Shown: positions 49,401 to 62,032 of the stretch, one piece after another
How positions within the stretch are numbered: the stretch's first letter is position 1
Layout: every line of letters begins with the position of its first letter
Virus record (IMG/VR): IMGVR_UViG_3300035698_035306
Reading direction: 5' to 3' (one strand)
DNA from: an uncultured virus (IMG/VR IMGVR_UViG_3300035698_035306)
Lineage: Duplodnaviria; Heunggongvirae; Uroviricota; Caudoviricetes
DNA length: 64,000 bases
The notes under the pieces: model-generated
Told to the model about the DNA's origin: nothing
The model's input: the letters and a program-made list of their open reading frames with translations, nothing else
The model's database searches: none
Position numbers and translations under genes: made by a program

Positions 49401-50221
49401 ATCAATCTTAATATCTCTAAAATACTTATGATAAATCTCCTCAGCCATATGGTCAACTCTCTTACCTTCTTCCTCACCATCCTTTACAATAGCTATTATC
49501 ACCGCAGGAGTTTGAGCAAATACTTCCTCAATCTCTACCTTTATAATATCCATTCCCTTAAAATTCTTCTCACTTATTCCCTTCTCCTGCATGATTATAT
49601 CCATCACACTATTAGCAATTCTACCCTTAGTAGACGCAACATGATTAAATACATCTTCTATCGATGTGAACTTCTTAGTATCAAAAAATCCTTCATTCGT
49701 AAATTCACTATAACTCTCTGCTATCAATTTCATATCTAAATCTTATTTTAAGGATTTGGTTGGTTATTCTTTATCTCATCCGCTACCATAGAATCAATAA
49801 ACCTCTTCAATAACGTTATCGTCTTAGGTCCATATATTACTTCATCACCTGTACTGTACGCTTCAATCTGACCTGCAATATCTTTCAAACCATACTGAAT
49901 CAAATTCTCTGCATTACCACCACCTTTTTCTACCTGCTTTATAGCCTTATCAACATATGTACTCAAATCTGCAGCCTCATTAAGGTTTTCCATCAACGCT
50001 TCCATCGCATCATCCTCATCAGTCTTCATTAATATCTTATCTACCTCTTTAGCATCATGCTCAACAAATTTAGCAATCTCCTTAGCAGCCTTGGCTTTCC
50101 TTGAACTACTATCACTACTATAATACTTATCAATACCATCCTGTATAGCATCTGCAATCCCAGACTCATTCATAGATTCATTCAAACCATGAAACTCTTC
50201 AAACGTTTTTATAATTTCCAT
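40440..50221 (-). CDS. tandem array of 16 genes with capsid-targeting-like N-termini (putative internal head proteins)
   Basis: ORFs at 40440, 40704, 40976, 41397, 42245, 42502, 43013, 43802, 44213, 45776, 46496, 47291, 47918, 48788, 49092 and 49748 all begin with variants of M..(KT/ES)(F/Y)(E/S)(E/D)F..(L/V/I)NE. Confidence 0.75.
40976..41395 (-). CDS. 2H phosphoesterase with capsid-targeting-like N-terminus
   Basis: Two HxT motifs (HHMTIAF, PHITLA); YSAVVL. Confidence 0.8.
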   Translation of the reverse strand: MIHENYSDFLNESKKIYYSAVVLDDKSRSKLLAAFGDKIPEEWKTIAHHMTIAFAKGVEAVDRADDINKTVDIKVIKLGVSDKAIAVQVEGYPTLNKIPHITLAVNDKEGGSAVMSNDIKDWKKVPTLVLKGKVKEYIK

Positions 50222-50622
50222 TCTTTTACTTTATTTTTTATTGGTTTATATATCATCCTACGTATGCTACATTAATCTATACCCGGGAACCTGAAAAAGT
50301 TTATTATGGCGACATCCCCCATATATGACGTTATCAATAAATGATAACATCAAAGTAATGCAACAGCACTCTTAGGCTAATTTTTCGGGAAACGGGTTTT
50401 CTAACAACCAGTGACATCTCTCCATATAACTCTAATTATGAGAAAACGCAACGAGGGTAAATAGCAGCTCAGGACAGTGTGCCTCGGGTAGCAGCAGCGG
50501 TGAAAAACGAAGTAATAGTGAGATATAATATCATGATGTATGATGTATGGTAGTAATATATGTACTATTTACGCTGAGGGCCCGCGACCTGGCGTTCTAA
50601 CAAATAATATCATGGATGATGA

Positions 50623-50752
50623 GGTGACAAGGTGTCATACGTCTCTTTTGGGGGTTCGCCTGTGGTTATGGAGAGTGGTGGTGACAAGGTGTCATGGTTG
50701 TGTTTAGGGTTTTTGTAGTTGTTTACAAATGGAAATGGTGACAATGTGTCAT
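50623..50752. repeat. three GGTGACAAnGTGTCAT palindromic boxes at 57-bp spacing
   Basis: Copies at 50623, 50680 and 50737; inverted relative at 55028. Confidence 0.8.
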
Positions 50753-50993
50753 GGTAGGAGGGGACGTTACAATGCCAAGACTTAAGGCACATGAGTGTTA
50801 ACCTATTGGTCTTGGCTATTGAGGTGTAATTAATATAAAATGCACTCACCATATAAAGACGACTGAGCGGCTGTAGGACCACTTATATGGTATGCGAGTG
50901 ACTAACTAGTTCATCGCCGATTTTCCTTCTGGTGCTAGGTGATGTCGTTTCACCTCACTTATCGAATGAGTGTTCAATAAGAATTTGTATTGT

Positions 50994-51785
50994 TTAGTCT
51001 ACTTCGAAGGTCATGTCGCCGTCTTCGTCCATATCGGCCATGGCTACGTCTTTGGCGGTAACCTTTTTGGCTTTTGGAGTGGGTTTAACGGGTGTGTCAT
51101 TTTTGGCTTCTTCAATTTTGGTAGTGTCTGCTATGATGGCTTCTTCTATATCAGCTACTATGCGTTCTTTGGCTTTGCTGATATCGTATTCACCTTCTAC
51201 TAGTTTGATTCTGAATTTGGCTATTACGGTTGAGCCGTTCATTTCTTGAACTCTCATTGGGCGCATACGTTCTTCTTTTGCATGTGCTGTGATAGCTTCA
51301 GCTAATAGGGTAAGGTCAGATGCTTTGAAAATTACTCTTGTGCGTTTGCCGTTACCGAGGTTTTTTCTGAATATGACACGATATGATTTTTCTGTTGACA
51401 TTGATTTAATTTTAGTTTGTTATTGAGTAGTAAATATAAGCATTATTTTCGCAACTCCAAAGAGAAACTCCAATTAAATGGAGTTATCTGCTTTTGGGGG
51501 TGGTTGATATTAGATGCCTAATTCAGCAAGTTCTTTAGCGTTTGACTTTCTCCATTGAGCTTCTGCGTCTTTAACGTCTTGCATAGATGAAGCGATAGTG
51601 AATTGAGGTTTGGTAGCCATTAAAGCTTTGATTCTTTTTGCTTTGTTGATACGTGCAGTGTCTTTAGCGACGTTTGCTTCGATTTTAGCTATTTGTTGTG
51701 CAAGGGTTTCAACTTTCTGTGTTGACTTCATGTTGAATTTGATTTTGTTGAATGCACCTTCGTCTGTTTTTGGATATTTACTCAT
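50994..51785 (-). CDS. two hypothetical early proteins (50994-51401, 51510-51785)
   Basis: ORF track; own promoters. Confidence 0.65.
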
Positions 51786-52060
51786 GATATATGTTTTTAT
51801 ATGTTTAAAATTAATTACAAGTTAAAAGTAACACATTATTGTCAGAAGCCAAAGTATTAATAGAGTTATTTTGCGTTTTTATTCGTTTTATTCTTAGACT
51901 GTTTAAGATACAGTGTATTGCGGGAGACATATTAATCAACGTAAATAAAGAGCGAACTGACCAGACGGCAGGTATACCATTTAACTCACTGACCAACGCG
52001 GGTGTGTAGGCCATACGTGTTTAGTATTGCCTATTTTTATTGCGTTTTCTCTGAGCTATA

Positions 52061-52098
52061 CTTTGGGTTCTGCCCGATATTTGGTACTTTAGTATTAT
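52061..52098 (+). promoter_or_regulatory. early promoter family CTTTGGGTTCTGAGGAATTATTGTTACTTTAGTA(T/C)TAT; also at ~52687, 52853, 55468, 56581, 57314, 61978
   Basis: Repeated upstream of plus-strand genes; resembles the Bacteroidota -33 TTTG / -7 TAnnTTTG consensus. Confidence 0.75.
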
Positions 52099-52117
52099 AA
52101 CTTTAAAACTATACATC

Positions 52118-53356
52118 ATGGCTAAGCAATTTCATATCAGCAACACATTACTTTCATCACTATCTAGCTTAAACGTTAAATCTATCTTAGTAACAACCAA
52201 GTGTAAAGCTGGTTTTCTATCCAATCATATTGTTGAACTATCTGGTGCTGGTGTAGAAGTACAGATAAACAATATTTTCACCCAGTATATTGGTCAAGTG
52301 ATAAAAGGTCTTGATTTAATAACTGAAGTTGATGGTAAGCTTCACTCATTTAGTGTTGTTAACTTCTATCCAAACGGGAAAGTTGCTTCTATGTGTGGCG
52401 ACCTTCTTAAAACTCTTGAAGATAGAAGCATCAGACATGCTTTTAAGAACTCTGATGACATATTAAACTATAAACTACATGACCTTCCATTCAACCTTCC
52501 TAAGGTAGAAGCTACTTATAACAAATAAGCCGTTCAATCGGTGCACCGCTCGACATTGTAACTCACTGACAGTATCGAGCGGAGTAGGATTTGCTCCCGT
52601 GTGCACGCATTAACGCATGCATAGGTGTACATGCACATGCCACCTAGCCCCGCCCCCGCACGGAGCACCGTTTAGCCTGTCTATTGCTTTGGCTCCTGAA
52701 GAATTTTTGTTACTTTAGTACTATACATTAATAACAGCCCGCAATGCGCTCTGCATCGGCCGTCCCTTCACTCTTCGTGCAGGTAAGAGTAATCCACACC
52801 TGCTTATACCCCTGGAGTATTTCCGTTTTTATTTCGTTTTTCTCAGATTATACTTTGGCTTCTGAGGAATTATGCTTACTTTAGTACTATACATTTAACC
52901 ATAACACATTATATCATGACAGACATACAAAATTTCAGCGACCTTTATCCTTCATTAGTTCAACCTACACGTAGAGAGGAATTACTTTCTATGGTATCTG
53001 ATGTTTATAAAGATGCTCACGGCATTCGTCCAAGAGGTTTTAACTGGGATGCTTATAGTGATGATGAGCTTGATACTTTCGTTGATGAGTGTATCACTAC
53101 TGCTAATGAGAATGCAGATGCTGAAGCTATATGGGCTGAAGAACAAGTCATAGTATTTAAACAGCTTGTTGAAGATACTATCGCTCACGGTGCTGGTGAC
53201 CGTGCTACCGCACTACGTTGGTTATTTGAAGGTAGTGAATTAGATGCTTACGATATCGAGCACTTCGTTTGGCAACAAAATATACTATACACGGACTACG
53301 GCCGTTCTTTGAAAGAAGAATTAATCGGCCTTACGGCGTCTTTAAGAGCGGCTTAA
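52118..53356 (+). CDS. two hypothetical proteins (52118-52528, 52916-53356)
   Basis: ORF track; the second has the phage-type motif SDVYKDAHGIRPR. Confidence 0.7.
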
Positions 53357-53447
53357 TACCAGGCTCACACCGATTATTATCAGACTTTACTTTGGGTTGT
53401 CGACCCATTTTCTTATATTTACCTTATACAAATTTAAAATATACAAT

Positions 53448-54326
53448 ATGAACGCAATGAACGCAGTACTTACAGCATCCCTTCCATACAACAGAACCAA
53501 AATCCAAGAGAAACTTAACAAGCTTCACGTGGAACAAGTTGGCCTAACAGTATCTACATCTTATGATGATAAGAAACTGAAAGAGACCCAAGTATCAAAC
53601 AAGTATTACACGTTTGACTTCCCTACCTTTGCTCAAAACATCATGCCAGAAGTAGAAAATTACTTCACCCCTTCGAATTACCTATTACGTATGGTTGGTG
53701 GTCGTCAAGAACTTCGCCTTATCGGAGAAGAAATGAAAATCAACGGTGATACATTCTACCGTATGCTTTCTATCCTAAACTCAACTGATAAATCACGTGC
53801 ACTTCAAATGAATATGGGTCTTTTAAGACTTGTATGTACCAACGGAATGGTAGCAGGAGTACCAGGTGAATCAGTACAGATTAAAGGTAAGCATTACAAA
53901 GCTTCACTACCTGAAAAGATTGAAAACTTCACAGACGGCCTAGCCCGATTCAAATCAATCACTGAACAACAAAAAGGACTTATCTCAGACCTGCTTGGTA
54001 AACAAGTATCTTATAAAGCTCTTGCAAATGCACTAGTGAGAAATGAAGCCGATGAGGTTGTTGCCTCTAAAGTAAAGAAGCTTTCAAGACTTGCTGGTAA
54101 GTTACTAGCATCCGATACGGACAGACTACAGACGGTTACTGATGAACAACGTATGATTCTTATGCAACCTGAACACGTACTATACAATAAGAAGTCAGCT
54201 GACATGGAAATAGATGCTTACCGTCTTCTTAACTGTTATACCGAGATTTTCCGCTCAAATGATTCTGGTAAAATCGCAAGAGAAACTAATCGTATCCTTG
54301 GCCTTATCAACACTGTAACTGCATAA
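53448..54326 (+). CDS. DUF932/DUF945-family protein
   Basis: NSTDKS...GLLRLVCTNG...H. Confidence 0.75.
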   Translation: MNAMNAVLTASLPYNRTKIQEKLNKLHVEQVGLTVSTSYDDKKLKETQVSNKYYTFDFPTFAQNIMPEVENYFTPSNYLLRMVGGRQELRLIGEEMKINGDTFYRMLSILNSTDKSRALQMNMGLLRLVCTNGMVAGVPGESVQIKGKHYKASLPEKIENFTDGLARFKSITEQQKGLISDLLGKQVSYKALANALVRNEADEVVASKVKKLSRLAGKLLASDTDRLQTVTDEQRMILMQPEHVLYNKKSADMEIDAYRLLNCYTEIFRSNDSGKIARETNRILGLINTVTA

Positions 54327-54347
54327 TCACATTTAAAATATAAAACA

Positions 54348-55022
54348 ATGAAAATTTTCAAAACATTATTACTAATCCTATTAGCATCGATAACCATCCA
54401 TGCCCAAAACACAATAGAACAAATAGTCTATTCAAACCTAGACTCAGTCGATAACTTCCAAACCGAATCCTATGGTATAGCATCATCAGACCCCCAAAAC
54501 CCCGACTATACTCTCTACTTCACAGACTCATGTATGCTAGACGTTCAATCGCAGAACTACGTATACCACCTCACCGAACTCACTTACTCACCAATCAACG
54601 GCGGTGACGATGTCATAGTTCAACTATCAGGTGCACCAGACGCAACACATTACTTCGGCACTTTCATACCACTACTAGATTCTGTCCCATATATTCTAAC
54701 AAGATATACCATCAACGGCTATGACGAGCCCTGCCATAATGATAACTACCACGAAAGCATCCTCATCGGCAACATAGAACCTATCATCACCTCAACAAAC
54801 AACTTATCAACACAACTTCCCTCAATCTACCCGAACCCCTGTACCAACACACTCACCATCTCAAATATATTAGAACCTACCCTATACAACTCATCAGGCC
54901 AACTAATAATACCACCCTCATCAACACTCAACAATATCACAACCATCAACACCGAATATCTAACACCAGGACTATACATCATACACTCACCTAACAGCAC
55001 CCACAAAATTATCAAACTATAA
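54348..55022 (+). CDS. secreted protein with a T9SS type A sorting domain
   Basis: Signal peptide ...HAQ; IYPNP...LTIS...YNSSGQ...LTPGLYII...KIIKL. Confidence 0.8.
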   Translation: MKIFKTLLLILLASITIHAQNTIEQIVYSNLDSVDNFQTESYGIASSDPQNPDYTLYFTDSCMLDVQSQNYVYHLTELTYSPINGGDDVIVQLSGAPDATHYFGTFIPLLDSVPYILTRYTINGYDEPCHNDNYHESILIGNIEPIITSTNNLSTQLPSIYPNPCTNTLTISNILEPTLYNSSGQLIIPPSSTLNNITTINTEYLTPGLYIIHSPNSTHKIIKL

Positions 55023-55522
55023 CCACCATGACATAATGTCACCTCATCCGTGAACCAATTCACATTTGGAAACAATCCCGAGAACTATCAAGTTTTCAGG
55101 GTTTTTCTGGGGCTATCGGGGAAGTACGCCCGCTATGCCATATTGTCATACAACCTACCAGAACTTGGCATACACACCACCTTGACAAAATATCTCCGAC
55201 CCCCTATCAGATAACCCGTAACCACAGAATGCCATAATGACACCGCCTGAGCATAAGGCCCTGGCTGCAAATGACCAGTCACTGAACAGATTGCGTTTAA
55301 ATTGTCCCTCGGGTACCATTGCGGAGGGAACCTCTTACGCGTGCACGTGTGCGGTATGAATCTTTTCGTTATTCTCAGATAACTTATAGATACCTCAGGA
55401 ACGCCTCTCTTATGTATTGGAGGTGGGTTGCGAGGATTGTGTATAAAAGTGGATAGTTGTTAATATACTTTGGGTTCTGAGGAATTATTGTTATATTAGT
55501 ATTGAATTTAAAGATTAGAATT

Positions 55523-58500
55523 ATGAAGACTATTTATAAGATGATGACTATGCTTTTGGCTATAGGGTTGGGAGGTATGTTATATTGGAGTGATGATTGG
55601 ACGAGTATGGAGCCTATAATAGTACCTGATTGGTATAGATATGGATTGGGGTTGGTTGGTGTTATTGTGATAGTGTTGACGGTAGTTGTATATGGGAGGG
55701 AGAGGAGATAGATGAGGAGGTTGAATGAGTGGATATATTGTAGGAGTTATATGGGTAGCATGGGTTATAGAGATATAGTAAGGAAGATTAGGGTTAGGAA
55801 GGTTGTTGTGCGTGTTATTGGTATTGTTGTGTTGGTTGTTGTGGTTGTGTCTATTGGAATTTAGGGATATTTTGTTGTGCGAGCTGCTGCTGATTACAAG
55901 ATAATACAGCAGGACCATACGATGAATCGGCGCCCAGAATAGAGTAAGAATTGTTTAATTAAAAGAAGATGAAGAATAAGATAGTGATAGAAGAGAGTGA
56001 TTGGTGTACTTCAAAGTATAGGACTAAGGAGTGGGAACAATCTGTGTCAATAATAAAATGGGAGCATGATTTTGAGACAAAGAAATATACAATAGAATTT
56101 AAAGAGATATAAGATGGGTTACAAGTGGAAGTTTATAATTGGAGTTATTATATATGTACTGACTGATGTTGGTATATGTTTTCATATGTACGGTAATGGT
56201 ATTGCAAAGGAGTTGGATATGATGGATTTTCCTATCATGTGTGGCTTTGTGAGTTTGATATGGTTTGTCTTATTTGGGCTTATATGGTTATTGATTACGG
56301 AAGAGTCTGATAAGAATGAATTATTACATGGTTAAAAGAATTGATATGGGAATTATAGAATGGAATAGTATAGAAACGGATGAGTTGCCTTTATTGTTTA
56401 GGGATGTTATCTTTTGGCATAAGGAGAATGGCAAGATTATGATGGGGAAGACTACTATACAAGGAGTTATGGTGAATGGGAATGTATTTTCATGTTCTCA
56501 TTGGGTCTATGCACCAGAAGTACCTATCGTTTAGTTGCGGCAGAAAAGCTGCTTGGGCCCTCAGGAAAGTTGCGAATATACTTTGGGTTCTGAGGAAATA
56601 TTGTTACTTTAGTATTATACATTTAAAACAATTGAAATTATGATAGCATCAAGAGGAATGTCAATCGATCATATTGACAGAGAAAGATTTCGCACAAATA
56701 GAGTGGTTGCACCATTAGTTAAGAAGAGTCAATCAGTTGACGTTATAAACAAGAGTAAGAATCTCAAGATGAGAGTTACTAAGTGTAATTATAGAGGCCA
56801 CAATTATTGTGAAGCTACAGCAAATGGTAATACGTATTTGTTGAAGTATGGTGAGAATGGAAGTTGGAACGTACAAAATCAAATATAGAATTATGCAAGA
56901 ATTATTACCCGCAGTTATAATATTCGTGATTGGTTTAATCATGGCTATGCCTATTATCAAGGCTATTATTTATAAGAAAAGACATACTGACAAGAAAGGT
57001 TGGAATATGTGTGATACTTGTGGTAAAGCTGAACCGACAATGTATTGGGAAAATGTTGGTATGTTTAAAACTATTTGGCATTGTGATGAACATGCAGGTT
57101 TTAATGATAATTATGAGTGTGTACAGTATAGGTATTTTGAACGTAATGGTTTCGGAGTTATACAGAAGTATGATAAGAATAAGAGGGGTAAATGGAAGTG
57201 GAGTGATTTTGCTATTAGTAATAAGCCTGCTTTACAATTGAAGTTTTACAATGAAGAATATGCGCCTTTAAATGATGATAACATATCTGAATATTTAAGA
57301 AAATCATAATATACTTTGGGTTCTGAGGAATTATTGTTACTTTAGTACTATACAATTAATCAATATGGAAATAGACACAAATTACGGCGAGTACTTTATA
57401 AAAGAAACAGCCACAGGAATATCAGCAGAGAACATGTCATCAGGAGTATTATTATTCATTGATGGTAGATGGATGCCAAATCCAGACCATACAATGGACG
57501 TACAGACTACTATTGAAGCAGTAGAAGCTGAGTATGAATTTCAACATGATTTAAAAGCTTAGTATTATGACAGAAAAGAAAATGTTAGTTAAATATATCA
57601 AGACGTTGCATCCAGTTGGAAGTGAAATATATGTTACATCTGCATACAATCCATTTATAGTGAGAAAAGACAGTGTATTTGAGGCACATGTTTGGAAGTA
57701 TGATGACTATAATGATGAGATGAGACCACATGATAGAGAGAATTATGTGATTGATTTCTTAGTTCATAACCCCGGTAATGACACAAGGAGATATCATTTA
57801 GCAGGTTCTACATTAAGATGGGTACGTGAATTTGATGAGCGTCAAGCAGTAATAAAAAAACATGAAGATGTAGTTATCAAGAAAGATGTTGAATTGTTAT
57901 CTGCAAAGATAAGGAATAAATTGAGTCCTTATTGGAATTTGGTCGCATTGATTGAGGATTTTTCAACAGAAAAAGACCCTCTTAAGAAGGGAATGATAGC
58001 AGGTTTTATGGTTAAAGAGTCAAGGAACCTTAAGAAGGGCCAAGATATTTTATTAGAATTAGTAGACAAAATTGATAGGTAATATGATACAAACAACATT
58101 TAGTCAAGAGAAAAGCCCATTAAAAATACTACGTGACAGTAGAGGTAAAAGTATAGAAGTAGGTTTAAGAATTGCATATAATCGTTCTGGAGATATCGCA
58201 ATTGGTAAGATAGTAGGAGTTAAGAAGAATGAATGGAAAACTATTCGACCAGGTAGTGGTAATTCAAGTTGGTGGAATTTAAAGTTTGAGATGCTTGTTG
58301 AGCATGAAGATGGTACAATGTCTACTATTAAAAACCCAAATAGTTTCGTAATAATATAATTATGTCATCAGAGAATAAGAAAAAGAAGTTAAAGAATAGT
58401 CATTTCGTACCAAGTTGGTTAAAGAATAAGAAGACTAAATTGAAGAGATGTGGGTTTTATAATGCATCTCAAAGACAGGCTGAAAAGAAATTAGCTAAGG

Positions 58501-59386
58501 AAGATATACACGAGTAAGATAGTTAAACAAAAGAATATTAATTATGGCAGGCATAAAGAATTTAGAGACTTATAAAGTACAAGCATTGAAGACAAAGTGT
58601 AAGGTTATTGAGGCGACTATTAAGAAGACGTACATCACATATCCACATGAGCCAATGACTGAAGAAATGATTAAGGAAGAATGGTTCGGTAGATATATGA
58701 ATCAGTCACATGCATATAAAGATGGCAGTCATATTGGTAACGCAGATGAGTTGGTTGACTTAAAATTCTTGAAAGAGGGTGAAGAAGTTATCGATGAGAA
58801 GACTGAGTTATTGGATTGCATTCAAAACTTTTTGGGTTTCTTTGATACACCCATTGCAAAGATGAAGATGGAAAGTAAAGATTGTGAATTGGTAAGACAA
58901 ATAGGTCGTGATTTAATGACTAAATATGGGCGTAATTATAGAGGAGTTTAATATGGTAACATACGAAGATTTATTTTTCTACATAGCGATAACAGTAGCA
59001 GTTGTAGTATTCATTAATGTAGGTGTAAAAATAGGATTATTTAGAGATGCATGGAGTTGCGTCAAACATGATATATTTAGAATTAAAAGGTAATGGCAGA
59101 TATACGATTTGATTGGAAGAAGTTCAGAGATGATAAGCCTGAGATAGGTAGTCGTATTGTAGTACAGTATCTGAATTGGTATAATGGGTACATAGTACTT
59201 TGTTCTTATGTTGGTGTAAAAGATGGTAAACATCAATTGATTAATCTTAGTAAAACTGATTTGAGAGCAATAGACAATCATACTATCTCAACATATAGAA
59301 CATATGAAATTCCGAACATAGAAGAATATGATGGATATGACCCTCATTCTTTTGAGTGGGATTATTTTAATATAATTGAAAAATAA
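55523..59386 (+). CDS. cluster of small hypothetical early genes (55523, 56114, 56316, 56640, 56893, 57365, 57567, 58084, 58544, 59093), several membrane proteins
   Basis: Tightly packed plus-strand ORFs behind early promoters. Confidence 0.6.
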
Positions 59387-59631
59387 TGGATAAGGCTTGG
59401 TGGGTATACATTGTAAAGTGTGCAGATGGTAGTTTATATACAGGGATATCACCTGATGTAGATAAGAGAATCAGTAAACATAACAAAGGAAAAGGTGCTA
59501 AATATACTAAGACGAGGTTACCAGTTGTATTGAAGTATTCAAAAGAGTATGAGAATAGGAGTGTTGCAAGTAAAGAAGAATATAGAATCAAACAGTTATC
59601 AAGAAAACAGAAAGAATTATTAATAAAGTAG
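59386..59631 (+). CDS. GIY-YIG nuclease (YhbQ/UPF0213-like)
   Basis: WVYIVKCADGSLYTG...R...HNKGKGAKYT...E--IK. Confidence 0.92.
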   Translation: MDKAWWVYIVKCADGSLYTGISPDVDKRISKHNKGKGAKYTKTRLPVVLKYSKEYENRSVASKEEYRIKQLSRKQKELLIK

Positions 59632-59637
59632 AATAAA

Positions 59638-60222
59638 ATGGAGAAAGAGAACAGGACAATGGTACGAAGTTACCAAGATTTAAGAACAGTAGTAGGTATG
59701 ATTGGTATATTTTTACCATTCGCGTTATTAATTGGCAATTGGGGATTCGAACCTTCTATTAGTCAATATTACTACACTGTCATGAGGAATTTATTCGTTG
59801 GTGCACTTGTTGCCGTTAGTACATTTATGTTCTTCTATGTTGGATATGATAAGACAGATAATTGGCTATCAGGTATAGTCGGTGTATTTGCATTAGGAGT
59901 ACCATTCTTTCCGTGTGAGGGTTGGACAAGACCTTATCATTTGGCGAGCGCATTAATTTTATTTTCAATGTTAGGTGTATTTTCACTATTTAGATTTACT
60001 AAAGGTGACCCGAACATGACAACAAGAAAGAAACAAAGGAATGTTATTTATAAGATATGTGGATATACAATATTTGGCTCAATAACAGCTCTTATTATCT
60101 ACTTTTTATCAGGTTTAGATATACCTACATTAATATTTTGGTTAGAAGTTGCAATGTTAGAAGCATTTGGCATAGCATGGTTGACTAAAGGTGGTATAAT
60201 ACTAAAAGATAAAGTTAAGTAA
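59638..60222 (+). CDS. DUF998-like multi-pass membrane protein
   Basis: SISQYYYT, H--SA--LF, E--ML-AFG--WL-KG. Confidence 0.7.
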   Translation: MEKENRTMVRSYQDLRTVVGMIGIFLPFALLIGNWGFEPSISQYYYTVMRNLFVGALVAVSTFMFFYVGYDKTDNWLSGIVGVFALGVPFFPCEGWTRPYHLASALILFSMLGVFSLFRFTKGDPNMTTRKKQRNVIYKICGYTIFGSITALIIYFLSGLDIPTLIFWLEVAMLEAFGIAWLTKGGIILKDKVK

Positions 60223-60223
60223 T

Positions 60224-61350
60224 ATGAGACAAGAACAGTATGAAAGGATAAAAGAAAAGTACACTGATAAACTTGATTATGCACATATGCTTATGTGTGG
60301 TTTGAAAAGAAAGCTTGCTGACTATGAACGTAAGCCGTATACGAAAGCAGTATTAGCTGAGATTGATTATCATATACAAGAGTTCATTAAGCTGTCTGAG
60401 CTGAACGTGAACGTCATAGTAACTGAAGTAGATAGGTCACTCATTATAATGGGTGCAACATTAGAAGATGAATTAATTTGGCATACAATACAACAATGAA
60501 AGAGAATTTAGAAGAAAGAATTAACCGAAGAGTTAAAGAAGAAGGTCTGTACCGTAAGAAGATGGCATCACTGCCTGCAATGATAATTGGTGGCTTAGCA
60601 ATTTTAAGCTTAATCATAGGTATGTTTATATCAGATACTGACGTATTACCTGCGTGGGGTACATTCGTATACATTGGATTTATGTTTCTGATGGTGTTAT
60701 CTATATTGTGGCCAGGTATCCCGTTTGCAGACTATATGTTAAAACGTAAGAAAAAGAGAATACAAGACCAGGTTGGTAATTATGGTGGTAGAACTGCCGA
60801 ACAAGTATTAAAGAAGTCAGACAGGATTACATTTGGAATTGACTCAAATTAAATAAGATGGAAAACAGTAAAGAAAATATTTTAGTATGGCCTCATGTGA
60901 GATACATATGTTCAATTAAGAACTATAATCCTCATGTACAGTATAAGAAATTTATAGGTGAGAGTGATTATCTAACAACAGGTGGAGTTTATCAGTTCCG
61001 CTATATGTCATATTCACCAGATAAAGATACACCTCGAGTAGATGTATTGGTGACGACATCAGATGGATTTGCAGATAAGAATCCAATGATAAGGTATACA
61101 AAAAAGAACAAGAAAGATTGGGAAAATCAATAAGATTATGCAGAACGCTAAAGAAGTAAAGAAAGAAGTTAATAGAAGCTTAGGAGCATTAGTAAACTCA
61201 GGCTTAGTATCACGTAAGGAACATGCTGAATTACAAGAACGAGCTGACAAGTTAAATTTCAATTGTGTATTAGCAAGAGATATTAAAACTTGTTCTATTA
61301 ACATGTATACTTCTACAGGCTGTTCAGGTTGTGGTCACAGAAGAGATTAA
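60224..61350 (+). CDS. four small hypothetical proteins (60224, 60496, 60858, 61138)
   Basis: ORF track. Confidence 0.6.
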
Positions 61351-61351
61351 T

Positions 61352-61774
61352 ATGGATTTATATTTCGCATATGGCTCAAATTTAGATGAGCAGAGAATGA
61401 TAGACAGATTTGTTATCTATGACAAGATGATACCTGCAGTGTTGAATGATTATGAATTGAGATTTAATAAAGTGTCTGTTAAACAAGGCGCAGTAGCAAA
61501 TGTCATTCATAATAACGGACATGTAGTTGAAGGTGTCTTATATGAAGTGGCCAATATTGAAGCACTTGATAAATATGAGGGCTACCCAAAACACTATGAC
61601 CGAGTGAAGATGTTAGTATCAGGAAGAGAAGCTTGGGTATACGTTGCGCAGCCACAGTATATAGAAGAAGGCTTGAAACCAAAACAAGAGTATGTTAATA
61701 GATTATTGGCAGGTAGAAGATACTTATCAAAGTCGTATTACAATGAGCTTAAGAACATTAAATGTATAAACTAA
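61352..61774 (+). CDS. gamma-glutamylcyclotransferase (GGCT/AIG2-like)
   Basis: YFAYGSNL, VEGVLY, LDKYEG. Confidence 0.9.
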   Translation: MDLYFAYGSNLDEQRMIDRFVIYDKMIPAVLNDYELRFNKVSVKQGAVANVIHNNGHVVEGVLYEVANIEALDKYEGYPKHYDRVKMLVSGREAWVYVAQPQYIEEGLKPKQEYVNRLLAGRRYLSKSYYNELKNIKCIN

Positions 61775-62032
61775 AACAATTAAAATATGAGTCAGTATAG
61801 ACCAACAGAGTATCATGCAGGATTAAGATGGGATATGGAACAAGCAGGTAAAGTTATTATAACACCAGGCACACCATACCCAACAGTAGAATATCACGCA
61901 AGGGAAAGGCTTGAAAGTCACTATCAAGAAAAAAAGAAAGAAAGAAGACGTAAAGGCTGGGATTAACTCAGCTTTTACTTTGGGGTCTGAGCTATTATTA
62001 GTATTTTAGTCCTATAATTAAACAAAAACATT

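Noticed and set aside
50623..50752. Regularly spaced palindromic repeats as a CRISPR array
   Set aside because: The repeats are only 16 bp with three copies and there are no cas genes; they fit protein-binding boxes better.
50610..50882. ORF with repeated HDTLSP
   Set aside because: The peptide repeat is just the translation of the DNA boxes.
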